40,043 nt of DNA from positions 1 through 40,043 of the forward strand of contig CAXTKV010000016.1 in the NCBI GenBank assembly GCA_964244895.1, given 5' to 3'. The stretch is from an uncultured Deinococcales bacterium. GTDB taxonomy: Bacteria; Deinococcota; Deinococci; Deinococcales; JAAFIG01. Shown here piece by piece: positions 9,121-18,022 of the stretch (the first letter of the stretch is position 1; each line of letters opens with the position of its first letter). Under the pieces are notes generated by a model. The model was not told the DNA's origin. It made no database searches and worked only from the letters and a program-made list of their open reading frames with translations. A program made the position numbers and the translations under genes.

Positions 9121-10986
9121 TTACTCGTGCGCCAGCCCCCAGTGCTCTGGCGCGCGCCACAAACTGGACAGGATCAGCTCGCGGATGAAGATGAATTCCT
9201 TCGGCAGCTTGTCGTAGAGCTTGCTGAACAGCTCGTCGTGGCTGATCAATTCCTGGCGCCACAAATCGCGTTCGACGCTCATCAGCTGATTGAACTCGGA
9301 TGGACTGAACTCCAGGCCGCGCCAGTCGATGTCCTCGAAGCGCGGAACCCAGCCCAACGGCGATTCGATGCTCCCTGCTTGACCGCGAGCGCGTTCCACG
9401 ACCCATTTCAGGATGCGCATGTTGTCGCCGAAGCCGGGCCAGAGGAAGTTCCCGTCCTCGTCCTTGCGGAACCAGTTGACGTTGAAGATGCGCGGCGGGT
9501 TCGGGATGCTGCGCCCGAAGTTCAGCCAGTGGTTGAAGTAATCGCCCATGTGGTAGCCCGCGAAGGGCAGCATCGCGAACGGATCGCGCCGGACTTCGCC
9601 GAGGGTTCCAGTGGCGGCAGCGGTCGTCTCGCTGCCCATCGTGGCGGCGGCGTAGACGCCGTAATTCCAGTTGAAGGACTGGTACACCAGCGGCACCACG
9701 CTGGAGCGCCGACCGCCGAAGATGAAGGCGCTGATCGGCACGCCGTCCGGGTTGTCGGCGTCGCCGTCGATGCTCGGGCATTGCTCGATCGGCGCGGTGA
9801 ATCTCGAGTTGGCGTGCGCGGCCTTGCGCCCGCAACCGGGCGTCCAGTCCTGGCCCGTCCAGTCCAAGAGGTGCGCGGGTGCTTGCTCGGTCATGCCTTC
9901 CCACCAGACATCGCCTTCGTCGGTCAATGCGACGTTGGTGAAGATCGTGTTCTCGGTGATGCTGGCCATCGCGTTCGGGTTGGACTGGACGTTCGTGCCG
10001 GGTGCGACCCCGAAGAACCCGTTCTCCGGGTTGATGGCGTAGATCTGGCCGTCCGATCCAGGTTTGATCCAGGCGATGTCGTCTCCGACGGTCGTGATCT
10101 CCCAGCCCTCATCCAGGAAAGCTTTGGGCGGGATCAGCATGGCGAAATTCGTCTTGCCGCAGGCGCTCGGGAAGGCCGCCCCGACGTAGGTTTTCTGACC
10201 GTCCGGCGATTTCACGCCCAGGATCAACATGTGCTCCGCCAGCCAGCCCTCGTCCCTGGCAATCGCGCTGGCGATCCGCAGCGCGAAGCATTTCTTGCCC
10301 AACAGCGCATTGCCGCCGTAGCCCGAGCCGTAGCTCCAGATGGCGCGCTCTTCCGGGAAATGCGCGATGTACTTTTGCGGGTTGCACGGCCACGGCGCGT
10401 CCTGTTGACCCGGCTCGAGCGGCATCCCGAGGCTGTGCAGGCAGTGAACGAAATCGCCGTCGCCCAGTGCGTCCAGCGCGGGCTGGCCCATGCGCGTCAT
10501 GATCTTCATGCTGACGGCCACGTAGGGCGAATCCGTGAGTTGCACGCCGATGTGCGCGATCCGCGAACCCAACGGCCCCATGCTGAACGGGATGACGTAC
10601 ATCGTGCGACCGCGCATGCAGCCCTCGAAAAGCGGCGTCAGTCTGGCCTTCATCTCGCGCGGGGGCATCCAGTTGTTGGTCGGCCCGGCGTCGGATCTGG
10701 CCAGACTACAGATGAACGTGCGATCCTCGACTCGGGCCACGTCGGACTGATCGGAGCGCGCCAGAAAGCTGTTGGGGCGCAGCGCTGGGTTCAAGCGGGT
10801 GAAAGTTCCGGATTGCACCATCTGCTCGCAGAGCGCGTCGTACTCGGCCTGCGAACCATCGCACCAGTGAACCCGATCCGGCTGGCACAGCCCGATCATG
10901 TCCGCCACCCAGTGCTCAAGCCTGGGGTTCTTGAGCGAAGACGGGGCGTGCGCGGTTCCGTTGGCTTCGGTTCTCGAGGCGATCAT
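9121..10986 (-). CDS. pckG: Phosphoenolpyruvate carboxykinase (GTP)
   Basis: Motifs [98 protein letters not shown] 10986 with AAGGAG RBS. Confidence 0.97.
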   Translation of the reverse strand: MIASRTEANGTAHAPSSLKNPRLEHWVADMIGLCQPDRVHWCDGSQAEYDALCEQMVQSGTFTRLNPALRPNSFLARSDQSDVARVEDRTFICSLARSDAGPTNNWMPPREMKARLTPLFEGCMRGRTMYVIPFSMGPLGSRIAHIGVQLTDSPYVAVSMKIMTRMGQPALDALGDGDFVHCLHSLGMPLEPGQQDAPWPCNPQKYIAHFPEERAIWSYGSGYGGNALLGKKCFALRIASAIARDEGWLAEHMLILGVKSPDGQKTYVGAAFPSACGKTNFAMLIPPKAFLDEGWEITTVGDDIAWIKPGSDGQIYAINPENGFFGVAPGTNVQSNPNAMASITENTIFTNVALTDEGDVWWEGMTEQAPAHLLDWTGQDWTPGCGRKAAHANSRFTAPIEQCPSIDGDADNPDGVPISAFIFGGRRSSVVPLVYQSFNWNYGVYAAATMGSETTAAATGTLGEVRRDPFAMLPFAGYHMGDYFNHWLNFGRSIPNPPRIFNVNWFRKDEDGNFLWPGFGDNMRILKWVVERARGQAGSIESPLGWVPRFEDIDWRGLEFSPSEFNQLMSVERDLWRQELISHDELFSKLYDKLPKEFIFIRELILSSLWRAPEHWGLAHE

Positions 10987-11065
10987 GATGCTCCTTTGCA
11001 AGTTCGTGTGAACACCGTCGTGGTCGGCATTCTCGAGATCGTGTGCGGGATGGTGTTCTCAGAAT

Positions 11066-11165
11066 GAAGGGAAAAGGCTAAAGGTGAAAGCGAAAAGTGA
11101 CAGGTCGAGCACATCGCTCCCGGCGCGTCCCAGAGCTGTACTTTCACCTTTGCCCTTTCACCTTC
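11066..11165. repeat. Heptamer tandem repeats forming an imperfect hairpin (STRR-like)
   Basis: GAAGGGA AAAGGCT AAAGGTG AAAGCGA AAAGTGA ... CTTTCAC CTTTGCC CTTTCAC CTTC; a related element lies at 29943-30008. Confidence 0.7.
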
Positions 11166-11168
11166 GAT

Positions 11169-12092
11169 CTACTTCAAGTCCCAGGTCGCGCGGCGGATGC
11201 TCTCGAGCGAAACCTCGAGCGCGAGTTTTTCCTCACCGCTCAATTCCGGTTCCAGCGTGGCGATCACGCCCGCGCGACCGATCAGGCGCGGCAGGGCCAG
11301 CGCCAGACCGTAGGATTTGGTCGCGGCGGTCACGGTCATGACGGCGCGTTCATCGTTGACCACGACCTCCGCGATGCGCGCCAGGGCCGCGCCGACACCG
11401 AAGTGGCGTTCGCCCTTGCCGTCCACGATCCGCAGGGCGGTGTGTTTGACCTCGTCGGCGATCTCGAGTTGATCGGCGGCAGAAAAGTGCAGGCCGCGCC
11501 GAGCCAGATGCGCCGATAGCGGCAACCCGGCGACGGTGATGCTCGACCAGGCGATCACGCCCGCACCGCTCATCTCGCCGATGACGTGCGCGTGAACGTG
11601 GTCGGGGTGCACACCGATCCGGGCCGCCAGCGCGTCGCGCAGGCGAGCCGTCTGCACGACCGTGCCCGTCCCGATGACCTGGTCGTGCCTCGCACCCGCC
11701 AAGCGCGCCGCCAGTTCCGTCATCGGCTCGAGCGGCTGTGAGGCCACGATCAGCACCGCCTCCGGCGCGACCTCGAGAATCTGAGGCACCAGGCTGCCGA
11801 AGGCGCTGGCGGTGTTCTCGAACTGCTCGCGGCGCGTCTGGCCGGGCTTCTGGTTGATGCCGAGCGCCATGATCACGGCGCTCGCGCCCGAGAGATCGTG
11901 AATGGTTCCGCTCGTGACGCGCACACCGTGCTGGGCGGCCACGTCGATGTCGAGCGCCTGGGCTCGGGCTTTGGCCTCGTCCTTATCGACCAGAACGATC
12001 TCTCGGGCCGCACCGCGCAGCGCGAGCACGTCGGCTGCCGCCGATCCGACCAGTCCCGCGCCGACGATGCCAATTTTGGTGTTTGCGTTCAT
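11169..12092 (-). CDS. L-lactate/malate dehydrogenase family protein with substituted catalytic residues (probable pseudoenzyme)
   Basis: Rossmann KIGIVGAGLVG..LVD and loop QKPGQTR are present, but NPVD>QPLE, LDTAR>VQTAR and GEHGDS>GEMSGA. ORF intact with a strong RBS (GAGGAGG). Confidence 0.88.
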   Translation of the reverse strand: MNANTKIGIVGAGLVGSAAADVLALRGAAREIVLVDKDEAKARAQALDIDVAAQHGVRVTSGTIHDLSGASAVIMALGINQKPGQTRREQFENTASAFGSLVPQILEVAPEAVLIVASQPLEPMTELAARLAGARHDQVIGTGTVVQTARLRDALAARIGVHPDHVHAHVIGEMSGAGVIAWSSITVAGLPLSAHLARRGLHFSAADQLEIADEVKHTALRIVDGKGERHFGVGAALARIAEVVVNDERAVMTVTAATKSYGLALALPRLIGRAGVIATLEPELSGEEKLALEVSLESIRRATWDLK

Positions 12093-12145
12093 TCGATCCT
12101 CCTCGCGGAATTCGTTCCGCTCCCGCCCAGAGGATCGAATGCACC

Positions 12146-12163
12146 CGTTACGAAAGCGTTACG
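12146..12163 (-). promoter_or_regulatory. Putative SARP-type direct-repeat box upstream of the ldh-like/pckG/transporter operon
   Basis: Minus strand CGTAACG-CTTT-CGTAACG, a perfect heptamer direct repeat with 11-bp period, then 9 nt, then GATCCT (-10-like). Confidence 0.65.
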
Positions 12164-12339
12164 GCACCGTCCGACGCGCGAGAACGCTCCGCGCGAATGG
12201 GGGCGTCCCCTCGGGCTGGATTCGGGCTGGGTTCAGTGCGCGCTCTCGAGCTTCGAGGCGCGATGCGGGAATTTCCGGTGCGCCCGTTCCTCGCGCACCA
12301 GCATCACGGGTGCGCCCGCCGCGCACGCCACGCGCTCCG

Positions 12340-12700
12340 TGCGATTGCCCCGATAAAGTGGACGTGAAGCACCCCAACACGCTCAGTGCAGAATCAGGAG
12401 CGAACCTACCGACCAACAAACGCACCCATCCGTTCCTCCTCGAGTTCAAAACTCAAGCCGTGCAACCCGCCCTGACCAGCGGCATCGCTAGGCGCACCGT
12501 CGCTCAGGAACTCGGTGTTGGCCTTGGCACCCCGACCAAGAGCATCAAGCAGCATCAAAGCTCTCACGGTGTTCAACTCGCGTCAACCGTAACGGGTTTG
12601 ACCACACCGAGCGCTCGAGCAGCACAACCGTCGTTTGAAACGCGAACTCGAGATCGTGCGTCAGGAGCGTGCAATTTTTAAATCATTCCTAAAACCGCTG
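12340..12700 (+). mobile_element. IS3-family remnant (left end + degenerate OrfA)
   Basis: GATTGCCCCGATAAAGTGGAC resembles an IS3 terminal repeat. Translation EFKTQAVQ.ALTSGIARRTVAQELGVG..T..K.IKQ is HTH_Tnp_1-like, followed by a decayed ELEI.RQER.I.K segment. No OrfB. Confidence 0.7.
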
Positions 12701-12766
12701 TAGCGTCGAAACCTGATCGATGGCTGATCCGGGGTTGAACGCCTGAAGCGGTGCTGAGGGGAACCT

Positions 12767-13531
12767 TCACCTGGGCGAACTCGAGGTATCCCCGGTTTCG
12801 GGTCGTGGGGCGGTCTCCAGCCGGGATCGCCTGACCCTGGCGTCGAGAATCGTTGGAGCTCGCTCGCGTCGAACGGCGAGGTTCACGCCGCTCACCCAGG
12901 CGATCGCCGCGCCCCAGCCGGCCAGGACATCCGAAGGGTAATGCACGCCCAAGTACAGCCGCGTCAGGCCGATGACCGCCACGAAAACGCCTCCCAGAAT
13001 CAGCGTCAACCAACGCCAGCGCGTCCTCCACGCCAACACCGCCAGCGCCGCGACCATCGCCATCGAGCCCATCGCGTGACCGCTCGGGAAGCTGTAGCCG
13101 ATCTCCTGGATCGGCGAGACCCACAGCCGCGGACGCGCCCGCAGGAACGCGAACTTGGCCAGCAAGTCGATCGCACCCGCACCGACGACGGCCAGGGCGA
13201 CGAAAGTGGCCCTCGATCGGTGGCCCCTGTAGGCCAAGAGCGCGGCGAGCGCCGCTCCCGCGAGCGCCATCAACCCTCCCGAGCCGAAGAACGTGACCAC
13301 CACGGCCAGGCGATCGAGCGCGGGCGTCTCGAGTCGGTGCAGGGCGTTCAAGACTGGCGCGTCCCAGGCGAGCAGCTCCTTCGTCCAGATGTCCTCGGCC
13401 AGGGCCGCGAAGCCGTAAAGGGGAATCAGCACGCCGAAAAGCAGTACCAACCACCGTCGTTTCGGCCCGGCCCGATTCGGGTCGGTCGGTGGCGCGGGGT
13501 TCACGGGGTCGTCGCGCCGCTCGAGGTTCAC
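12767..13531 (-). CDS. PAP2-family membrane phosphatase
   Basis: K.AFLRARP, YSFPSGHA, TRLYLGVHYPSDVLAG motifs; the GTG start at 13531 overlaps the upstream stop (GTGA). Confidence 0.92.
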   Translation of the reverse strand: MNLERRDDPVNPAPPTDPNRAGPKRRWLVLLFGVLIPLYGFAALAEDIWTKELLAWDAPVLNALHRLETPALDRLAVVVTFFGSGGLMALAGAALAALLAYRGHRSRATFVALAVVGAGAIDLLAKFAFLRARPRLWVSPIQEIGYSFPSGHAMGSMAMVAALAVLAWRTRWRWLTLILGGVFVAVIGLTRLYLGVHYPSDVLAGWGAAIAWVSGVNLAVRRERAPTILDARVRRSRLETAPRPETGDTSSSPR

Positions 13532-14508
13532 GGCGCCTCGAGCTTCGGATCCGGTTTGCCCGGCAGCCACAGCTCCAGACGCCCCGGCTCGAGCTCGAGT
13601 TCGACCGGGCCTGCGGCTAACGTTTCGCCCGCCTCGCCAATCGCGCCTTTGACTTCGGCGTCCAGGTGGATGGGCGATCCGTCCCACTCGAGACTGAAAC
13701 GTTGGCAGCGACGGATCGTGACGTTGGGCAGCGCCTCGAGCTTGCCCGCCAAGAGGTGCGTGAAGTAATCCAGCAGTCCGACCCGACCGCCCTCCTCGAC
13801 CATCACCACGTCGAGCAGTCCGTCACTAGTGCTGGCCTCGGGCGCGAGGCGCATCGAGTTCCCGGTCATCGGCGTGTTCATCGCCTCGATGAGCAGGTAG
13901 CGACCCTCGAGCGCGTCACCGTCGAACGTGAGTCGATAGTCGCGCGTTTCGAGGTTGGTGAGCGCCCCGATCACGGCCTGCGCGCCGCGCACCGGGCTCT
14001 TGGGGGCCTCCGGATCGTAGCGAACGAGCGTGTCGGCGAACAGCCCCCAGCCGACCGCCTCGAGGAAGGTCGTCTCGCCCCACGGGCCGCGCGCCCGGCC
14101 CAGGTCGAACGGCACCCGGCGCGGGTTTCTCAGGCCCGCGACGATCTCCTGCGGCGAACCCGTCAGATCGAGCGAACGGGCGATGTTGTTCGAGGTGCCC
14201 AACGGCACGGGTGCGAGCGGCAGGCGACCCGCGATCCGGGTCGCGACGGCCCGCACCGTGCCGTCCCCACCCGCCGCGACGACGAGATCGGCGGGGGCTT
14301 TGAGGGCCGCGTCGAGGTCAGCCTCGCTGGCCGTCGGACGATAATCGGGCTCGAAACCCGCAGCTGCCAGCGCGGCCACCAAGTCATCGCTCGAGGCTGC
14401 GGCTTTGCCACCTGCGGTGGGGTTGTAGATCAAGGCGGCGCGAAGGGTTGGCACGATGCTCGGATGATGGGGCTCTGCGCGCTCAATCGCGGTGATCTTC
14501 GCCACCAT
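13528..14508 (-). CDS. Diacylglycerol/lipid kinase family protein (DAGK_cat, YegS/BmrU-like)
   Basis: IYNPTAG, AAGGDGTV, PLGTSNNIARSL, DGLLDV, HLDAE motifs; alternative GTG start at 14454. Confidence 0.9.
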   Translation of the reverse strand: MVAKITAIERAEPHHPSIVPTLRAALIYNPTAGGKAAASSDDLVAALAAAGFEPDYRPTASEADLDAALKAPADLVVAAGGDGTVRAVATRIAGRLPLAPVPLGTSNNIARSLDLTGSPQEIVAGLRNPRRVPFDLGRARGPWGETTFLEAVGWGLFADTLVRYDPEAPKSPVRGAQAVIGALTNLETRDYRLTFDGDALEGRYLLIEAMNTPMTGNSMRLAPEASTSDGLLDVVMVEEGGRVGLLDYFTHLLAGKLEALPNVTIRRCQRFSLEWDGSPIHLDAEVKGAIGEAGETLAAGPVELELEPGRLELWLPGKPDPKLEAP

Positions 14509-15529
14509 GCGTTAACGTGCGGGCGGTTTCGCCGAAGGTATCGCCTCGCGATTGCGCCCCTCGGGTCGGCGCGAAGAGCTCGTTGGTGCGCGCGAACGAG
14601 CCCAGGTAGCGCGCCATCAAGAGCACCTGGCTGTGGTGGCAGCCGATCGCGCGCAATTTCGCCTGTACCTGATCGGGGCGGATCTCGAAGCGCTCCCAGG
14701 GTAGACCCCGACCGCGCGGCGGTGGGGCGAGCGGCAGGCTCAGGTGAAGGCCTTTGGGCAACGGCCACTCGATCCCGCCGTGAATGATCCACTCGTAGCG
14801 CTGCACGCCGAGTTTGGGCGCCAGCAGCCTGTCGACCAGCTCGGCGGTGGCGCGGTGGTCGGGGTGCGCGTCGTGCGACGAGGGCGCGAATACGACCGTC
14901 GGTCTCGAGCGCTCGAGCACCGCCCGCAAGTCGGCTTCGAGGTTCGCCGCCGTGTGCTCCGCGCTGGGTGAGACCGCTTCCGGGTAAGGCACGCAGTCCT
15001 GGCCTGTATAGAGCGAGCGGAACGGTTTGGCTCCGTCGCTGGTACCGAGCGTCGCCAGCAGGCCGCGATCCGGGTATCCGAGGAAAAAAAGGTGATCCTC
15101 GGCCACACCGAGCGCGTTCGCCGCCGAACGGGCCTCGTCGATGCGGCGGGCGCCGAGCCGCAGCAGGTCGCGCCGATGCGGTCGGAGGTGACCGGCCAGT
15201 ACGGTCGCATCGATCCAGAAGCCGTCGCCGCAGGTCAGCCAGGCCATCCAGACGCTCGCCCCCGCTTCGACGGCGGCGAGCACCGCCCCGCCGCAGGCGA
15301 GCGCCTCGTCGTCGGGGTGCGGCGCGACCACCAGCACGCGATCGCCGGGTTTGAAGGGCGGCGCGCTGGGGAGTCCGGCGACGGCGGCGGTGTGCCGACG
15401 AGACCAGTAACCCACCCCGCCCGGCAGGTTGACGATCAGACCGCCGAGGGCCTGACCGAGGGCGGAGCCGCGCAGCGCCTCCCCGATCCCCCGGAGCGGG
15501 TCAGTCGGATCCATCTGCACCTTCATCAT
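14483..15529 (-). CDS. PIG-L/LmbE family deacetylase
   Basis: LVVAPHPDDE, LTCGD, LGYPD, D.HPDH, K..AI..H.SQ motifs; start uncertain. Confidence 0.88.
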   Translation of the reverse strand: MMKVQMDPTDPLRGIGEALRGSALGQALGGLIVNLPGGVGYWSRRHTAAVAGLPSAPPFKPGDRVLVVAPHPDDEALACGGAVLAAVEAGASVWMAWLTCGDGFWIDATVLAGHLRPHRRDLLRLGARRIDEARSAANALGVAEDHLFFLGYPDRGLLATLGTSDGAKPFRSLYTGQDCVPYPEAVSPSAEHTAANLEADLRAVLERSRPTVVFAPSSHDAHPDHRATAELVDRLLAPKLGVQRYEWIIHGGIEWPLPKGLHLSLPLAPPPRGRGLPWERFEIRPDQVQAKLRAIGCHHSQVLLMARYLGSFARTNELFAPTRGAQSRGDTFGETARTLTHGGEDHRD

Positions 15530-15628
15530 GGCGCCAGAATCGGCGCCGCGCGATGTCGGGATCCGATTTTGAAACCAGGGTCATGGCCTCGAGCATATCC
15601 GAGCGCCGCTCTCGCCATTCGCCGTGGT

Positions 15629-16297
15629 TCACGGACGCTGTCCCGATTCGAGCCCGAGAACCATCACCAGCCGCCGCACCGGGCCATCGACGACCCGGCG
15701 GTAGACGCGCGTCTCTCGGGATGCGAATAGCTCGAAACCGAGACGCCCGTAGAGGCCGACCGCGACGGCGTTGCGGTCGGTGGTCGAGAGCTGCACGCCC
15801 GGCACGCCCTCGGCCCTCAGGCGCTCGAGGAAGGCTTCGAGCAGTGCTCGCCCCAGCCCGGCACCCCGCGCGGCCTCGAGCAGGTTGACGTGCAGGTGCG
15901 CGGGGTAGCGGTCGCGCGGAGCGTGTAAGCCGGGCTCGAGGGCGAGGCGCGCCAGGAACGGCAGGCTCGCGCCGAGGTGCCGGTACTCGCTGCGGATGGC
16001 TCTCGAGGCGACGAGCGGCGCGACGCGCTGCAAGAACGAACGCGTGAGGGCGGCGGGTTCGGTCGCGCCGAGCAGGTAGCCGACGGTTTCTTCGCCCAGC
16101 GTGGCAATCAGGTGATGGGCGGTCGGCCCGTCCGTGTAGGCCGCTGTCCAGAGGTCGGCAAAAAGTTCCTCGTCCGGCACGATCGGTGCGGCGCTCGAGC
16201 CGAACAAGCCCGTCAGGTACGCAATCCGCCGCACCGCAGAACGGTCACGGGGGAGGTAACTGCGGATGTGCGCAGCGACGGGTTGGGTCTCCTTCAC
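15629..16297 (-). CDS. GNAT family N-acetyltransferase
   Basis: YPAHLHVNLL..ARGAGLGRALL, GVQL...N..AVGLYGRLGF motifs. Start trimmed to GTG 16297 because the longer ORF overlaps the tRNA. Confidence 0.85.
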   Translation of the reverse strand: MKETQPVAAHIRSYLPRDRSAVRRIAYLTGLFGSSAAPIVPDEELFADLWTAAYTDGPTAHHLIATLGEETVGYLLGATEPAALTRSFLQRVAPLVASRAIRSEYRHLGASLPFLARLALEPGLHAPRDRYPAHLHVNLLEAARGAGLGRALLEAFLERLRAEGVPGVQLSTTDRNAVAVGLYGRLGFELFASRETRVYRRVVDGPVRRLVMVLGLESGQRP

Positions 16298-16417
16298 TTG
16301 AGTTTCACCACGCGCGAACCATACCCTCACTTGAGGAACCCGCGTCGTCAAAAATCGCTTCAGCGAGAATTTCGAACTGAGTCGATTGTGACGCTCGGGC
16401 CAAAAACGATCAAAACG

Positions 16418-16448
16418 GAGGGACGGGTTTTTGTAAAACCCGTCCCTC
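16418..16448 (-). terminator. Hairpin downstream of tRNA-Gln (probable terminator)
   Basis: GAGGGACGGGTTTT-TGT-AAAACCCGTCCCTC, a perfect 14-bp inverted repeat. Confidence 0.7.
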
Positions 16449-16461
16449 ACGTATTTCTGTA

Positions 16462-16535
16462 TGGCTGGGGCACATGGACTCGAACCATGATTAACGGTTC
16501 CAAAGACCGCCGTCCTGCCATTAGACGATGCCCCA
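16462..16535 (-). tRNA. tRNA-Gln (anticodon TTG)
   Basis: Minus strand TGGGGCATCGTCTAATGGCAGGACGGCGGTCTTTGGAACCGTTAATCATGGTTCGAGTCCATGTGCCCCAGCCA: cloverleaf, GGTTCGAGTCC T-arm, encoded CCA. Confidence 0.97.
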
Positions 16536-16670
16536 ACGCGGTTTTGAATCGGGCTCGAGGGCAGGACTCGAGCAAATCGCAGTGTACAGATCGCATCGCA
16601 AACGGTCAATTGCTTCTTTCGCAAGATCTCGATTTTGCGCGTCCTGGACGGACTTCTCGAGGGTACATTC

Positions 16671-17435
16671 TCAGACTCTCAGGGTCGTGCCCGCCATCGC
16701 GTCTGCTGCTTTGCCCAGCACCCCCGCGACCATTCCGGACGCGATGGTGGCGCTGGTCGCGCCGCATTCCAGGGCGTTCAGCGCAGCTTCGACTTTTGGG
16801 ATCATGCCACCAGAGATGATGCCCTGCCCGATCCAGTCTTTCGCGTCGCGGCTCGAGAGCGCGTTGGCGAGCGTGTCGGGTTCTTTCGGGTCGCGCATCA
16901 CGCCGGGAACGTCCGTCAGGAACACCAGGGCGCACCTCAGGGCTCCGGCGACGCTGCCCGCCGCCCAGTCGGCGTTGACGTTCAGGGCTCGACCGTCGCC
17001 AGTTTCGACGGCGATGCAGCCAATCACGGGCGTCAGGTTGGCCGCCAGCAAGCCGCGGATCAATTCGATGTTGACGCGCTCGACCCGTCCGACCCGCCCC
17101 AATTCGGCGTCCATGACGGTCGCCTCGAGCAGGTGGTCGTCGCGCCCGGTCAGGCCGATGGCACCGCCGATGTCCTGCGAGAGTTCCTTGGAGAGTTTGG
17201 TGATCGAGGCTTCGATCGCGTCCATCGCGTCGGGTGAGGTCACGCGCAGGCCGCGCAGGAAGTGCGATTCGATACCCAGCCGGGTCAGGCTGGCCTCGAT
17301 CACGGGGCCGCCACCGTGAACCACCACGACGGGACGTGTGGTGCGCAGGACGGAGATTTCCTGAGCCACGGCGCGGCGAAGTTCCAAGGATTTCATGGCG
17401 TTACCGCCGTATTTGACGACCAACAAATCGTTCAC
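16671..17435 (-). CDS. argB: Acetylglutamate kinase
   Basis: [41 protein letters not shown] motifs. Confidence 0.92.
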   Translation of the reverse strand: MNDLLVVKYGGNAMKSLELRRAVAQEISVLRTTRPVVVVHGGGPVIEASLTRLGIESHFLRGLRVTSPDAMDAIEASITKLSKELSQDIGGAIGLTGRDDHLLEATVMDAELGRVGRVERVNIELIRGLLAANLTPVIGCIAVETGDGRALNVNADWAAGSVAGALRCALVFLTDVPGVMRDPKEPDTLANALSSRDAKDWIGQGIISGGMIPKVEAALNALECGATSATIASGMVAGVLGKAADAMAGTTLRV

Positions 17436-17527
17436 GGCTGCATTCTGACAGGATTTCGTCGGGGACGAAAAGACCGCTCTGGACGCGAACCTCGAGGCTC
17501 AAGAATACGCGTCCTGGACGGTCTTCT

Positions 17528-17971
17528 TTATTCGTCCCGGCTGCGTCCGAAGAATTCTTTCAATCCGGGCTTCTCGGGTTCGCGCTCGAGGCGGACGAAG
17601 CCTTCGGGCAGCGCTCCGACTTCGTCCAGGGCGTCGATCGCGTCGAAATCTGCGATCTGCTCGAGCACGATGCCGAGCGTTCGGGTTCGAGCCTCGAGTT
17701 CGTCCCAGGGAACGCGCTCAAGCCCATCGGGGAAACGCAATATCTGAAGATCGCCGTCACCCAGCAACCCGATCACGCTTCCGAGCTTCGAGAGCGGCCC
17801 CGCCAGGTGCGTGAAGTCGTCTGGTGTCTCGAGTTCTTCGGCCAGCACGCTGACCCACGCGCCACGAACCGCGACGTAGGCCGAAAAATTTGGCTCGAGT
17901 ACGCGCTCGAGTTCGGCGCGGACGGCCTGAAGGTCGGGCGTCTGGACGTGAATGGAGGCGCAGCGCGGCAC
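17528..17971 (-). CDS. Hypothetical protein
   Basis: Plausible acidic 147-aa ORF between argB and a GNAT gene; TAGAAT lies 6 nt before the GTG start (leaderless-type). Confidence 0.7.
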   Translation of the reverse strand: MPRCASIHVQTPDLQAVRAELERVLEPNFSAYVAVRGAWVSVLAEELETPDDFTHLAGPLSKLGSVIGLLGDGDLQILRFPDGLERVPWDELEARTRTLGIVLEQIADFDAIDALDEVGALPEGFVRLEREPEKPGLKEFFGRSRDE

Positions 17972-18022
17972 GCCACGATTCTACGCACCAGAAAATCTGC
18001 GCGCCGGGAAACGGGTTCCGCT

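Noticed and set aside
11169..12092. Annotating this ORF as functional ldh or mdh, or as a pseudogene
   Set aside because: The catalytic His/Asp are substituted, so no symbol is given, but the frame, RBS and ligand-binding motifs are intact.
16298..16624. N-terminal extension of the GNAT ORF in the ORF track
   Set aside because: Overlaps tRNA-Gln and its downstream hairpin; spurious read-back.
16671..17435. lysZ instead of argB
   Set aside because: The N-terminal KYGGNAM and GLRVT motifs fit ArgB better, and no lysW/lysX cluster is nearby.
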